Shown here piece after piece: positions 18,495-27,549 of a stretch of DNA of 32,000 bases. Both the position numbers and the translations under genes were made by a program. How positions within the stretch are numbered: the stretch's first letter is position 1; every line of letters begins with the position of its first letter. Under the pieces are notes generated by a model, which made no database searches, was not told the DNA's origin, and saw only the letters and a list, made by a program, of their open reading frames with translations. The stretch covers positions 540,001-572,000 of the forward strand of contig NC_006576.1 of the NCBI RefSeq assembly GCF_000010065.1, in the 5' to 3' direction. The DNA is from Synechococcus elongatus PCC 6301. GTDB taxonomy: Bacteria; Cyanobacteriota; Cyanobacteriia; Synechococcales; Synechococcaceae.

Positions 18495-19328
18495 CTAGGC
18501 TGGAGTGATGCTGACGATGCGGCCACCTTGGGCATGAACCCGTTGCAGAGTTGCATTCAGCTTTTCGTAGGACACGAAGTAGGTAGCGTTGCTACGACGA
18601 ATCCGATTCGAAGTGCGAGCCGTCACGCCTTGCTGCTGTACTTGAACGCGGAAAAGCTGATCACGGCTTCCGCCACAGGTGCCGACAAGAGCACTATCCG
18701 TCGAGCCGATCAACACTGGTGACGCTGCATTGCGTGCCACTTCTTGATCGAGCCGCGATCGCTGGCTGGTGGCTGAGCGATCGCTCGTTGCATAGCCGCG
18801 ATAGAGCTGAAAAATGCGGTTGAAACCAACCGTTTTTTGAGCCCGAATCGTTGCAAAACCCCGGAAGTAAGGAACGACATTATCCCCAAAGCTTTCGGTG
18901 TATTCAGCAGAATCAATGTAGGAATTGATATCTGCGTCATAGCCGTGACTGTGATAAGTCGCAGCATGGGCAGCAACTTCAGCTTGATCGTAGGGAGCAC
19001 GACCCAGCAGGTGTTTAAAGTTCAGCTCAATGAATCGATTGTGAGCATTGTTATGGAAGAATTTTTCGCGATACAGTTCGGAAAGAGCAACTGCCCGAAC
19101 AAAATCACGAACCGAAATTTCACCACCGCGCAGCAAAGATTCGGCACTGGTCAAGCGCTCGGTGCCCATGACGTAATCATTGCCCAGCACTTGTCGATAG
19201 ACAGCGCGAATGATGGCGTTGATTTCATCCGAAGATGCACCCGCACGCCATTCTAAAGGAGCTGACTCACTATAGGCCGAGAATCCGAGACGACGGGCTG
19301 CTTCAAGACTCGTCATACTCAACTCCAA
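18495..19328 (-). CDS. cpcH: Phycobilisome rod linker polypeptide
   Basis: [54 protein letters not shown]; C-terminal CpcD-like domain. Confidence 0.88.
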   Translation of the reverse strand: MELSMTSLEAARRLGFSAYSESAPLEWRAGASSDEINAIIRAVYRQVLGNDYVMGTERLTSAESLLRGGEISVRDFVRAVALSELYREKFFHNNAHNRFIELNFKHLLGRAPYDQAEVAAHAATYHSHGYDADINSYIDSAEYTESFGDNVVPYFRGFATIRAQKTVGFNRIFQLYRGYATSDRSATSQRSRLDQEVARNAASPVLIGSTDSALVGTCGGSRDQLFRVQVQQQGVTARTSNRIRRSNATYFVSYEKLNATLQRVHAQGGRIVSITPA

Positions 19329-19336
19329 AAGCTTTT

Positions 19337-19398
19337 AAAAAAAAGCCCGGAAGAGAGCAGGCAACCTCTGCACGAAAACAGAATCTGCTCTTTCCGGG
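19337..19398 (-). terminator. Intra-operon terminator/attenuator between cpcA1 and cpcH
   Basis: Minus strand CCCGGAAAGAGCAG ... CTGCTCTCTTCCGGG followed by C and T8; 24-nt loop region. Confidence 0.8.
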
Positions 19399-19421
19399 TT
19401 GATCATGATTTCAACTAGGGA

Positions 19422-19913
19422 CTAGCTGAGGGCATTGATGAGGTAGTCGATGTAGGAGTTGGCTTCATCGCGAGAGTCACCACTCAAGCCATGATTCGCT
19501 TTGATGTACTTCAGCGCTTCCACATACCAGCTCGGCGCCAAGTCGAAGGTCTTGTTGATCTCATCAAGACCTGCCAACAGGTACTCATCAATCGGACCCG
19601 TGCCACCCGCAACCAATGCATAGGTCACAATCCGCAGATAGTAACCAATGTCACGCGCACACTTCGCTTTGCCTTCCGGCGTCGATGCAAAGTTGTTGCC
19701 AGGCGTGCTGGTGGTGTAGGGGAACTTGCTGTAAACAGCGTTCGCTGCACCGTTGACCAAGCTGTCAGCATTGTTTGCCAACGCCTTAGCCGCTGCCAAA
19801 CCAGAAGCAGCTTGACGGAAACGACCAAATGCAACTTGCAGTTCAGCGCTGCTCAGAAAACGCCCTTGCGAATCAGCAGCAGCGACAGCTTCGGTCAGAG
19901 GAGTCTTGGACAT
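19422..19913 (-). CDS. cpcA1: C-phycocyanin alpha subunit, copy 1
   Basis: Differs from the other copy at one residue (A23 vs T23 counting Met1). Confidence 0.97.
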   Translation of the reverse strand: MSKTPLTEAVAAADSQGRFLSSAELQVAFGRFRQAASGLAAAKALANNADSLVNGAANAVYSKFPYTTSTPGNNFASTPEGKAKCARDIGYYLRIVTYALVAGGTGPIDEYLLAGLDEINKTFDLAPSWYVEALKYIKANHGLSGDSRDEANSYIDYLINALS

Positions 19914-19964
19914 GATTCCCTATTTCTCTGAAAAAAGGTCTGTTATCTCAATCCCAGTCGATGA

Positions 19965-20486
19965 CTAGGCAACTGCAGCAGCAGCTTTGTCGAAGTAGCT
20001 GCCCAGCTCGGAAATGATCGCTGAACAGTCACCTTGGGTGATGCCGTTGCGGTCGCTCACAATCGCCACAGCTGCGTCTTTCATCTTGCGAACGCCTTCT
20101 GCCACCGATGCACCGGGCACGCCCAGAGCCAAGTAGGTCTCACGCAGACCGTTCAAACAGCGGTCGTCGAGAATGGAAGCATCGCCGGTGAAGACCGCGT
20201 AGGTCACGTAGCGGAGAATGATTTCCATGTCGCGCAGACAAGCCGCCATCCGACGGTTCGTGTATACGTTGCCGCCAGGAGCAATCAGAGAAGGTTGCTC
20301 TGCAAACAATGCACGCGCTGCGTTAGCGACGATCGACGAAGCATTACCGGTGATGCGGTTGACCGTATCAATCCGTTTGTTGCCTTCTGCAACCAAGCGG
20401 CTCAGCGCGTCCAGTTGGGCGTCGCTCAAAAATTCGCCACGGGCATCGGCTTGTGCCACCACCTTGGTGAAAGCATCAAAAGTCAT
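19965..20486 (-). CDS. cpcB1: C-phycocyanin beta subunit, copy 1
   Basis: Differs from the other copy at one residue (V74 vs A74 counting Met1). Confidence 0.97.
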   Translation of the reverse strand: MTFDAFTKVVAQADARGEFLSDAQLDALSRLVAEGNKRIDTVNRITGNASSIVANAARALFAEQPSLIAPGGNVYTNRRMAACLRDMEIILRYVTYAVFTGDASILDDRCLNGLRETYLALGVPGASVAEGVRKMKDAAVAIVSDRNGITQGDCSAIISELGSYFDKAAAAVA

Positions 20487-20535
20487 TCAACCAGTCTCCT
20501 GTTCTCGACTTTTATTGACTCTCGATTCCTAAAAC

Positions 20536-20577
20536 GAGAACGCGGTTTTTTCGCATTCTCTAGCAGGGAAACCCTGC
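20536..20577 (-). promoter_or_regulatory. Two consecutive hairpins upstream of cpcB1, in the probable mRNA leader
   Basis: Plus strand GAGAA-c-GCG-gtttttt-CGC-a-TTCTC (20536-20560), then GCAGGG-aaa-CCCTGC (20563-20577); 50-91 nt upstream of the cpcB1 ATG. Confidence 0.5.
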
Positions 20578-21114
20578 ACCTGAACCGTCCCCATCATTCT
20601 TCAAGAAAACTCTCGATTGTGAGAGACTCTTAACAATGATTTACATTAAATCGTTTGTTAAACGAGAGGGGCCTGTCAGGCAATTGGCGCAGTTCACTGT
20701 CGCTTAGCAACGATTAGTGAACCTTATCCAGTTGCCTTGGCATTCTTATACAACGATCGCGGCCACAAGATTCGCTAAAAATTGTGAAGCTCTGACTGAC
20801 GGGGATTTAGAGCGATCGCGATCGGGATTGGCCGTATCAATCCTGAATCTGTAAGTCGTCCACGACTAGGGTCAATCTCTAGCTTTGTAAAGATGCTTTA
20901 AGTTGATGGTCGACGATCGCTTGAGAAGTTGAAGAAAAACTTATGGCTGACCCAACAGCTACATCTTTTGGATCTGAAATCGTTACGAGCTGAAGGTTTG
21001 TAATATTCATTTACATTCTTGAACTGAGCGATCGCTGGCTCATGGGACCGGCAGCAGGGCAAGCAACCAGCATGCAGCTGAGACTGAGAGTCATGAGGAA
21101 CCCAGGCTGTAGCC

Positions 21115-21558
21115 TTAACGCAGTCCGCCCAAGCGCCAGCACAAAAAAGCAGCGATCGCAACGACCAAGGAGACGATAAAGGCGTTTTCAGTCGAGGATT
21201 GAACTGTGGCATCGAGGCGCTCTTCCTCGTTGGTTGCCCGCTGAAAGCGCTGTTCCTTGAGGCGAAAGTAAATGAGCTGAGACAGGACGAGCAAGGCTAG
21301 CGGGATTAAGACCCACTGGCTGCTAAGGATCAAGCCAGCGCCACTCATGAAGGTCAGCACGGAGCCAATGAGCAGAAACCGACTGGTGAGGCGATCTTCC
21401 TTTTCTTGGCTGAGGGCTTCGAGCAAGTTGTCCATTAGATGGGCTTGCCGCGCTTGCTGTAGTGCCAGCAGCCCGCCCATGAGCCAAAAGCAACCAAACA
21501 GCCGCAGACCCCAAGTCAGAGCGGTCGAGATTAGGGTGAGCATCTCATCCTGGAGCAC
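21115..21558 (-). CDS. Small membrane protein of unknown function
   Basis: 147 aa with predicted hydrophobic helices (FLLIGSVLTFMSGAGLILSSQWVLIPLALLVLSQLIYF; AFIVSLVVAIAAFLCWRL). Confidence 0.7.
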   Translation of the reverse strand: MLQDEMLTLISTALTWGLRLFGCFWLMGGLLALQQARQAHLMDNLLEALSQEKEDRLTSRFLLIGSVLTFMSGAGLILSSQWVLIPLALLVLSQLIYFRLKEQRFQRATNEEERLDATVQSSTENAFIVSLVVAIAAFLCWRLGGLR

Positions 21559-21689
21559 AACAAAGACAGAGACTTAAGACAAGGATTTTTAGCCCTGAGG
21601 GCAGTCTAGCGGTCGAAGGAACGGATCGCTCCAGCGGCCTGTCACACTTAAAAAGCTCTGCTCGAGCATTTGCTGCTGTCTCTAAAGCC

Positions 21690-23261
21690 ATGCTGAAACT
21701 TTGGGCTCTTCCCCTAGCGATCGGGCTGGGACTTTTTCCGTCGGCACCGGTGACCCAAGCCCAAGCACCTCTCAACCCAACATTACGAGTGGGAATTGTC
21801 CAGCGCTTTGGTCGGCAGCCGAGCGATCGCCTGCAAATTGTGGCTGGTGCCCAGCGATCGCTGACGCTCCGATTCACGGTCAATGGTCAACCGCGTCAGT
21901 TTCGGGCCCAACGGCTGACGGTGGCGATTGCCCCTGTCCCCCTACCGACCCCCGAGCAGCGATCGCAATTAGTCATTAGTCAGCACCGCAGCTTTGAGAG
22001 TGCTGAGGCCAGCGCCGCGCAATGGCGGGCCAAGGGGTTTGACGTCGAAATCGCCCAACCGCAGGGCTGGGAAGTCTGGTTAAAACCGACCCCAGACCTA
22101 CCTGATGCCGCCCTACCGAGGTTGCTGCAACGGTTGCGCAGTGAAGGAGCCGCGTCTGCTCTGCTACGCAGCGAGACACGCAAGACACAACCGCAGTTGG
22201 TTTGGCAGCTAGGGGATCAACGCTTTCAGGGCGATCGCCTCGAGATTGAGAGCAATGGCCCGATCACCGTTGCTGGCATTCCCTACCCGGGTCAGCTCAC
22301 CCTGCAACCCAATGCCCACGGCGACTTTACCCTCGTCAATACCGTCACAGTTGAAGACTATCTGAGTGGAGTCGTTCCCCACGAAATTGGTGCGGGTGCT
22401 CCTGCCCAAGCGATCGCCGCCCAAGCGATTCTGGCGCGGACCTACGCTCTGCGCAATGTACGGCGTTTCCAAGTCGATAACTATGAGCTCTGTGCCGATG
22501 TGCGATGTCAGGTCTATCGCGGCTGGGAAAGCCGGCTGCCGACAGTCGAGCAGGCAATTCGTCAAACGCGAGGCTTGGTGCTGAGCTACAACAACCAACT
22601 CATTGATGCAGTCTATTCTTCGACAACTGGCGGGATAACGGCTGGGTTTGAAGATGCTTGGCTGGGCCAGCAGCGGTCCTATCTCCAGCCGCGCCTCGAT
22701 GCTCTGCGACCGCTCTGGAATCTACAGACGAAACCACTCAATCAAGAAGCGAATCTCAAGGCGTTTCTGCAACTACGGGAGGGCTTTAATGAGACTGGTC
22801 AGCCGCGCTTTCGGTGGCAGCGCCGTCGCAGTCTGGCCGAGATTCAGGCAGAACTAAAAGCCTATCTCCGCGATCGCCGCGATCCAAGGGCAGAGTTTCA
22901 GCAGATTCAATCAGTAGCCGTGAGTCAGCGATCGCCAAGCGGTCGGGTCTTAGAAGTAATCGTTCAGAGCGATCGCGGGCCGATCGTCATTGGTCGCGAT
23001 GAAGTCCGGCGGGCCTTTGCGGGGCTATTCAGCACCTTGTTTTATCTCGAACCAGAGCAGGATGGCCAGGGACGTCCTGTGGCCTACCGTTTTGTTGGTG
23101 GCGGCTTTGGCCATGGGGTTGGCCTCAGTCAGACCGGGGCGATGGGCTTGGCACGCCAAGGCTGGAATTACGATCGCATCCTTAAGTTCTACTATCCCCA
23201 AACGCAACTAGAGCCGCTCCATCCAACCATGCTGCAGTCAGTCAACGCCCGAAAGCCTTGA
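21690..23261 (+). CDS. SpoIID/LytB domain-containing protein
   Basis: TLVNTVTVEDYLSGVVPHEIGAGAPAQAIAAQAILARTYAL ... YSSTTGGITAGFEDAW ... FVGGGFGHGVGLSQTGAMGLARQG. Confidence 0.9.
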   Translation: MLKLWALPLAIGLGLFPSAPVTQAQAPLNPTLRVGIVQRFGRQPSDRLQIVAGAQRSLTLRFTVNGQPRQFRAQRLTVAIAPVPLPTPEQRSQLVISQHRSFESAEASAAQWRAKGFDVEIAQPQGWEVWLKPTPDLPDAALPRLLQRLRSEGAASALLRSETRKTQPQLVWQLGDQRFQGDRLEIESNGPITVAGIPYPGQLTLQPNAHGDFTLVNTVTVEDYLSGVVPHEIGAGAPAQAIAAQAILARTYALRNVRRFQVDNYELCADVRCQVYRGWESRLPTVEQAIRQTRGLVLSYNNQLIDAVYSSTTGGITAGFEDAWLGQQRSYLQPRLDALRPLWNLQTKPLNQEANLKAFLQLREGFNETGQPRFRWQRRRSLAEIQAELKAYLRDRRDPRAEFQQIQSVAVSQRSPSGRVLEVIVQSDRGPIVIGRDEVRRAFAGLFSTLFYLEPEQDGQGRPVAYRFVGGGFGHGVGLSQTGAMGLARQGWNYDRILKFYYPQTQLEPLHPTMLQSVNARKP

Positions 23262-23341
23262 GTGATCTATCAGTCTTTGACAGCGTAGAGCCTGGGTCGC
23301 AGGCGCATAAGCTAGTAGAACCTGTACTGTCGATCGCCGTC

Positions 23342-24064
23342 ATGAATCGCTTCCGCGTTGAGGTTATCAGCTGCACTCCTAATCCTCAGCAGACGATTTA
23401 TGCGGCCATGCACCAGGATTACAGCGAGTCTTTTGTGGTGGAAGAACGCGATCGCTGGCCCGCTGAAGCACAAGCGGGAGAGGTGATCGTTAAACGCCTG
23501 CTGGCCGGAGAGCGTGGCCACTATGGCCCCCTCGAACACGCGATGATCGTTTTCAACGTGGGCTATTTCCCCCACAGCGTCATGCAGCAGGCGCGCACAC
23601 ATCGCATTGGCGTCAGTTTCGATGTGCAGTCGATGCGGTATACGGGGCAGCGAGTAGCGGATGCGGCCGCGGGCAAAATTGACCTCGAAGACATCTTCTA
23701 CCTACGCCCCGTAGGCCAGTACCTCGATCGCCAGGGCAAGAAGTACACCTACACCGAGACTGACCGCGCCAAAGACTTGGAATTGTGTCGTCAGGCAGCT
23801 CTGCGCTACCAGGAATTGTTGGAGGCTGGCTATGCCGAGGAACATGCGCGGGGCATTTTGCCGTTTGACTATCGCCAACATTTTGTCGTCAGCTTCACGC
23901 TGCGATCGCTGATGCATTTCCTGGATTTGCGCAGCAAAAAGGATGCTCAGATTGAGATTCAGCAACTCTGCGATTTGCTCTGGCCGCATTTCCAAACCTG
24001 GGCACCGGCGATCGCTCAGTGGTACGCCAGCACCCGACTAGGGAAAGCTCGGCTTGCCCCTTAG
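23342..24064 (+). CDS. thyX: FAD-dependent thymidylate synthase
   Basis: ThyX signature-like RTHRIGVSFDVQSMRYTGQR; LPFDYRQHFVVSFTLRSLMHFLDLRSKKDAQIEIQQL. Track ORF starts at 23258; Met29 at 23342 preferred. Confidence 0.92.
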   Translation: MNRFRVEVISCTPNPQQTIYAAMHQDYSESFVVEERDRWPAEAQAGEVIVKRLLAGERGHYGPLEHAMIVFNVGYFPHSVMQQARTHRIGVSFDVQSMRYTGQRVADAAAGKIDLEDIFYLRPVGQYLDRQGKKYTYTETDRAKDLELCRQAALRYQELLEAGYAEEHARGILPFDYRQHFVVSFTLRSLMHFLDLRSKKDAQIEIQQLCDLLWPHFQTWAPAIAQWYASTRLGKARLAP

Positions 24065-24181
24065 GCGATCGGGCCCTCTCACCTTTGCGGCAAACTACCG
24101 GCAAGCAATGCAAGGTCGGCGCGGTTCCTTCAGAAGAGGGCGAGAGCGATAGGCTAGAACGCGAGGTGTGGGCAGGCAAGG

Positions 24182-24835
24182 GTGAGCGGCATTCTAGCGG
24201 TCGTAGCGTGGTTAGGATTGGTGGGCTTGCTGGCGTGGCTGGCCAGTCGTCATCCCGACATACCCAATGAATGGGTGCGCAAAATTGTCCACATCGGCAC
24301 CGGCAACGTCATTCTGATTGCTTGGGCGTTTCAAATTCCGGCTGCGATCGGAATTGCAGCAGCGGTGCTGTTCTCGGGTGTGGCGTTGCTCTCCTTCTGG
24401 CTACCGATTTTGCCGGGGCTTCAAAACGTTGGCCGCCATAGTCTCGGAACCTTTTTTTATGCTGTCAGCATCGGCCTATTGATCGCTGGCTTCTGGCATT
24501 GGGCACCTCGCTACGCAGCGCTCGGCATCTTGGTGATGACCTACGGTGATGGACTTGCTGCTTTGGTGGGGCAGCAGTGGGGACGCCACCGCTTTCACCT
24601 ACAAGGGATTGGCCAGAAAAGCTGGGAAGGCAGCCTGACGATGATGGCCGTCAGCTTTTTGGTAGCGGTGATTTTGCTGGGGTTAACCCAAACCCCTGGC
24701 ACGATCGCGATTAGCTTGGCAGTCGCGATCGCGGCACCCTTGTTGGAACTCTGGTCTTGGTATGGCATCGACAACCTCAGCGTGCCGCTGGGCTGCGCGA
24801 TCGTGGCCGCTGGCGTTAGCCACCTATTCAGCTAA
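24182..24835 (+). CDS. Phytol/dolichol/diacylglycerol kinase-like CTP-dependent membrane kinase
   Basis: RKIVHIGTGNVILIAW, YGDGLAALVGQQWGRHRF, KSWEGSLTMM motifs, multiple TM helices. Confidence 0.82.
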   Translation: MSGILAVVAWLGLVGLLAWLASRHPDIPNEWVRKIVHIGTGNVILIAWAFQIPAAIGIAAAVLFSGVALLSFWLPILPGLQNVGRHSLGTFFYAVSIGLLIAGFWHWAPRYAALGILVMTYGDGLAALVGQQWGRHRFHLQGIGQKSWEGSLTMMAVSFLVAVILLGLTQTPGTIAISLAVAIAAPLLELWSWYGIDNLSVPLGCAIVAAGVSHLFS

Positions 24836-25159
24836 CAAGGCGTTGAGATCGTTGCGGTAGGCCTGTTCATCTCCGAGCCGTGCCACCAGCAAACATTCCC
24901 GTCCCGATTCCAACAAGCGTTGCTGCCAGTGATTGACCGCTTCGGCGTTGCGCAACCAGTAGCGAACAACACTATCAACCGCTTGATCGACATTCCAACC
25001 GCGATCGGGTGAGACTTGGCGCGCAGACTCCAAAAAAGGATCCAAACGCGCTTCTGGGGCACTGAGATAGGCCAGCCCTTGGGGATGCTGCCGAAAAGTT
25101 TGGTGCTGGAAGACGTCGAGAACGGGGGAAACGCCTAACAATTCAAAGACAAAGCCCAT
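24824..25159 (-). CDS. Hypothetical protein
   Basis: 111 aa ORF, convergent with the kinase-like gene and overlapping it by 12 nt; no recognised domain. Confidence 0.5.
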   Translation of the reverse strand: MGFVFELLGVSPVLDVFQHQTFRQHPQGLAYLSAPEARLDPFLESARQVSPDRGWNVDQAVDSVVRYWLRNAEAVNHWQQRLLESGRECLLVARLGDEQAYRNDLNALLAE

Positions 25160-25524
25160 AGCAACTGCGCTGTAACCGTGAATTGGCAGTCAGTGTAGGC
25201 AGCAGAATTTTCTGTGACCAGAAATTATTACATTTCGTAAAAACAGTTGCCGTCTTGCTGTCATCTGGCCTGTTCGAAGGTTGGGCTGCTAATCCGGTTT
25301 TCGGGCTGCGGGCGCTTCTGCCAACTCCAAGTACTGATGGCAATAAGGGCGAGACTGGTCAGCACCATCGTCCAGCAGCGATCGCGCAGTCGATCTGGGG
25401 GCTGCATCAGTCAAGTCCTCGTATGAGATCTAGTGCTAGCCTACTGGCTTGCTAGATTCATGAATCGTCAGCGATCAGATCTGACCTAATCTCGGGGCGG
25501 CTCAGGCTGGCAGATTAGCCGGCG

Positions 25525-26082
25525 CTAGGGAGTGATCACGCTGACGGTGGGGCGATCGCTCTTTAAGGTCAGTCGGCCCAGTTCTTTTTGTTTGGGATCA
25601 AAGCGTAGAGACTGCCGCACGCCTCGGGCAGTCAGTTGAGCCAACAATTCAGTTTCCCAGCGGCGTGCCGCTGCTTTGAGTAGTTGCGGTTGCTCAAAGT
25701 CTGAAGCGGTCAGGATCGCAGTCAATTCCGATTCTGGTAGCCATTGCCGGACGTCTAGGCGTGGCTCCCAGTCAGCCGCTTGGTCTCCATTACCGGGCGG
25801 AACTTGAAGCTGTTCCGCGAGCCACGCTTGCTGCAGGGCTTCCAGTTGCTGGCGATCGGGGCGATCGCAGCGCTGGGCTCGGAACCAATAGCAGCGATCG
25901 GGTTGTCGCAGCAGGTGTTGTTGCAAGCTAAGGCTGACATTACGGGAGTAATGAATCAGTTGCAGCTGGCGATCGCGGTCGTAGATCGCATAGATGCCAA
26001 TGCCCTCCAGCTCAGCGAGTGGGAGCTGCCCCTCCGCATCAACGAATGGCTGGAGTGGGAGTTCGTTTAGGGCTGGGGTCAT
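25525..26082 (-). CDS. GIY-YIG-like family protein (divergent)
   Basis: ELEGIGIYAIYDRDRQLQLIHYSRNVSLSLQQHLLRQPDRCYWFRAQR resembles the GIY-YIG fold with a degraded second motif. Confidence 0.55.
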   Translation of the reverse strand: MTPALNELPLQPFVDAEGQLPLAELEGIGIYAIYDRDRQLQLIHYSRNVSLSLQQHLLRQPDRCYWFRAQRCDRPDRQQLEALQQAWLAEQLQVPPGNGDQAADWEPRLDVRQWLPESELTAILTASDFEQPQLLKAAARRWETELLAQLTARGVRQSLRFDPKQKELGRLTLKSDRPTVSVITP

Positions 26083-26450
26083 GACTGGCGTGATCGAGCA
26101 AGCAGCGGTGGTTCTAGCGTGCCCTTAATCCTCTCGGCATCAACGTTGAGCGATCGCGCCTAGATCGAGAGTCATCCTGAATTGCAAGCAGTTCATGGCG
26201 ATCGCAAAGGCTGGAGTGTGACCTCGATTCACCATGAATTGAGTAGGAAGCTAAGCCGAACTTTCTGAGAGGAATTGAGCCCCAGCAATCACCAACGACA
26301 ACGCCTGTTGGTTGTGTGTGCATGGGGAGTGACCGCCACTCATTCGTAGCCTTGCTTACACTTTGCCGATCTGGCCTCTTCTAGGATGCCAAAGCTGTGG
26401 CTTAGCCGAAATGAGGCCACAACAGTCATCTCCCTGTTGATTCTGCTGAT

Positions 26451-26927
26451 ATGAGCACTGATGCCCCCCGTCCACCGCTGCCGCCGTTTACTGCGGAGAC
26501 AGCTGCCCAGAAAGTTCGTATGGCGGAAGATGCTTGGAACCATCGCGATCCAGAGCGAGTTTCCTTGGCCTATAGCCCCAACAGTGTTTGGCGCAATCGA
26601 GCTGAATTTTTGCAGGGGCGCGAAGATATCAAAGCCTTCTTAATTCGCAAGTGGAACAGAGAGCTAGACTATCGCCTAATTAAAGAAGTTTGGGCTTGGC
26701 ATGACAATCGAATTGCTGTTCGTTTCGCCTACGAATATCACGATGATTCTGGTCAGTGGTATCGAGCTTATGGCAATGAAAATTGGGAATTTGATGAACT
26801 GGGCCTGATGAAGCGACGCATCGCTAGTATTAATGACTTGGTAATTTCAGAAAGCGATCGCAAATATCATTGGCCTTTAGGCCCCCGACCGCTTGATCAT
26901 CCGGGCTTGAGTGATCTTGGCCTCTAG
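26451..26927 (+). CDS. Nuclear transport factor 2-like / DUF1348 family protein
   Basis: [63 protein letters not shown]. Confidence 0.85.
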   Translation: MSTDAPRPPLPPFTAETAAQKVRMAEDAWNHRDPERVSLAYSPNSVWRNRAEFLQGREDIKAFLIRKWNRELDYRLIKEVWAWHDNRIAVRFAYEYHDDSGQWYRAYGNENWEFDELGLMKRRIASINDLVISESDRKYHWPLGPRPLDHPGLSDLGL

Positions 26928-26952
26928 CCTGTGAAACAGCAGGGCTAGAGCA

Positions 26953-27543
26953 CTAGCCCTCGCCACTGGAATTGGTGCTCAAAGATAGCACTTGGAACGA
27001 TCGTAAAATCTGTCGATAGTGTTGGGGCTGCCGCTCAAATTCAGCGGCTGGCAGGGAAATCACAAACGTGTAGAGTTGTCCTCGAGCAAGGGCAATCGCC
27101 GCTAGATCATGACGGGATTGCTGCTCCAATTGCACAGCATATTCCAGCAAATATTCTGGCCCTAAGGCGGTTTCTTGCTGTTCGGCGGCTAGTAACTCAA
27201 CCTGTCGACCCCGATCGGGACGGTTCAGCCATTGGGTTTGGAGCTCGTAGCCAACAGTTGTGGGATCGCCCAGATCGGACAGCTGACTGGTATCAGGCAC
27301 TGGACTGATCAACAAACTCAGATTGCGATCGGGGCTGAGGGGATCGCGAAAGGCGATCGTGGCAAGGCCGGGATTCTCGACGGCAATCCAAGCGGGTGGG
27401 TAAGAGAACTGCCAGTTAGCCCCTTGGTAAATAGGCAGGCTGATCGTCTGACAAGCAGTTAGCACAAGGAAACTAGCGATCGCAAAACTCAGCCCTAGTC
27501 GATTCAAAAGCATCGAGATGATACGAGCGAACGCCAGCATCAA
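26953..27543 (-). CDS. PsbP-like lipoprotein (CyanoP-like)
   Basis: Lipobox LTAC near the N-terminus, WQFSYPPAWIAVENPGLATIAFRDPLSPDRNLSLLISPVPDTSQLSDLGDPTTVGYEL, EYLLEYAVQ. An internal Met (MLLNRLGLSF) may be the true start. Confidence 0.78.
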   Translation of the reverse strand: MMLAFARIISMLLNRLGLSFAIASFLVLTACQTISLPIYQGANWQFSYPPAWIAVENPGLATIAFRDPLSPDRNLSLLISPVPDTSQLSDLGDPTTVGYELQTQWLNRPDRGRQVELLAAEQQETALGPEYLLEYAVQLEQQSRHDLAAIALARGQLYTFVISLPAAEFERQPQHYRQILRSFQVLSLSTNSSGEG

Positions 27544-27549
27544 TTATCC

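Larger units (their letters stand above)
19421..20513. repeat. Duplicated cpcB-cpcA block, copy 1
   Basis: Partner of 15666-16758; sequences diverge abruptly outside these limits. Confidence 0.93.

Noticed and set aside
20034-20633. 199-aa plus-strand ORF over cpcB1 (and 177-aa equivalent at 16279..16812)
   Set aside because: Mirror ORFs on the antisense strand of strongly conserved cpcB; their similarity to each other is explained by the cpcBA duplication.
20898-21212. 104-aa minus-strand ORF upstream of cpcB1
   Set aside because: Overlaps the 21115..21558 membrane protein gene, no domain-like sequence; better seen as part of the non-coding interval.
25143-25524. Small ORFs 25143..25343 (-) and 25183..25455 (+)
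   Set aside because: Mutually overlapping, no recognisable domain or good ribosome-binding evidence; treated as intergenic.
26100-26450. Possible ncRNA or small gene in the interval before the NTF2-like gene
   Set aside because: Short ORFs only, and I found no strong hairpin or conserved signature by eye; cannot be supported without expression data.
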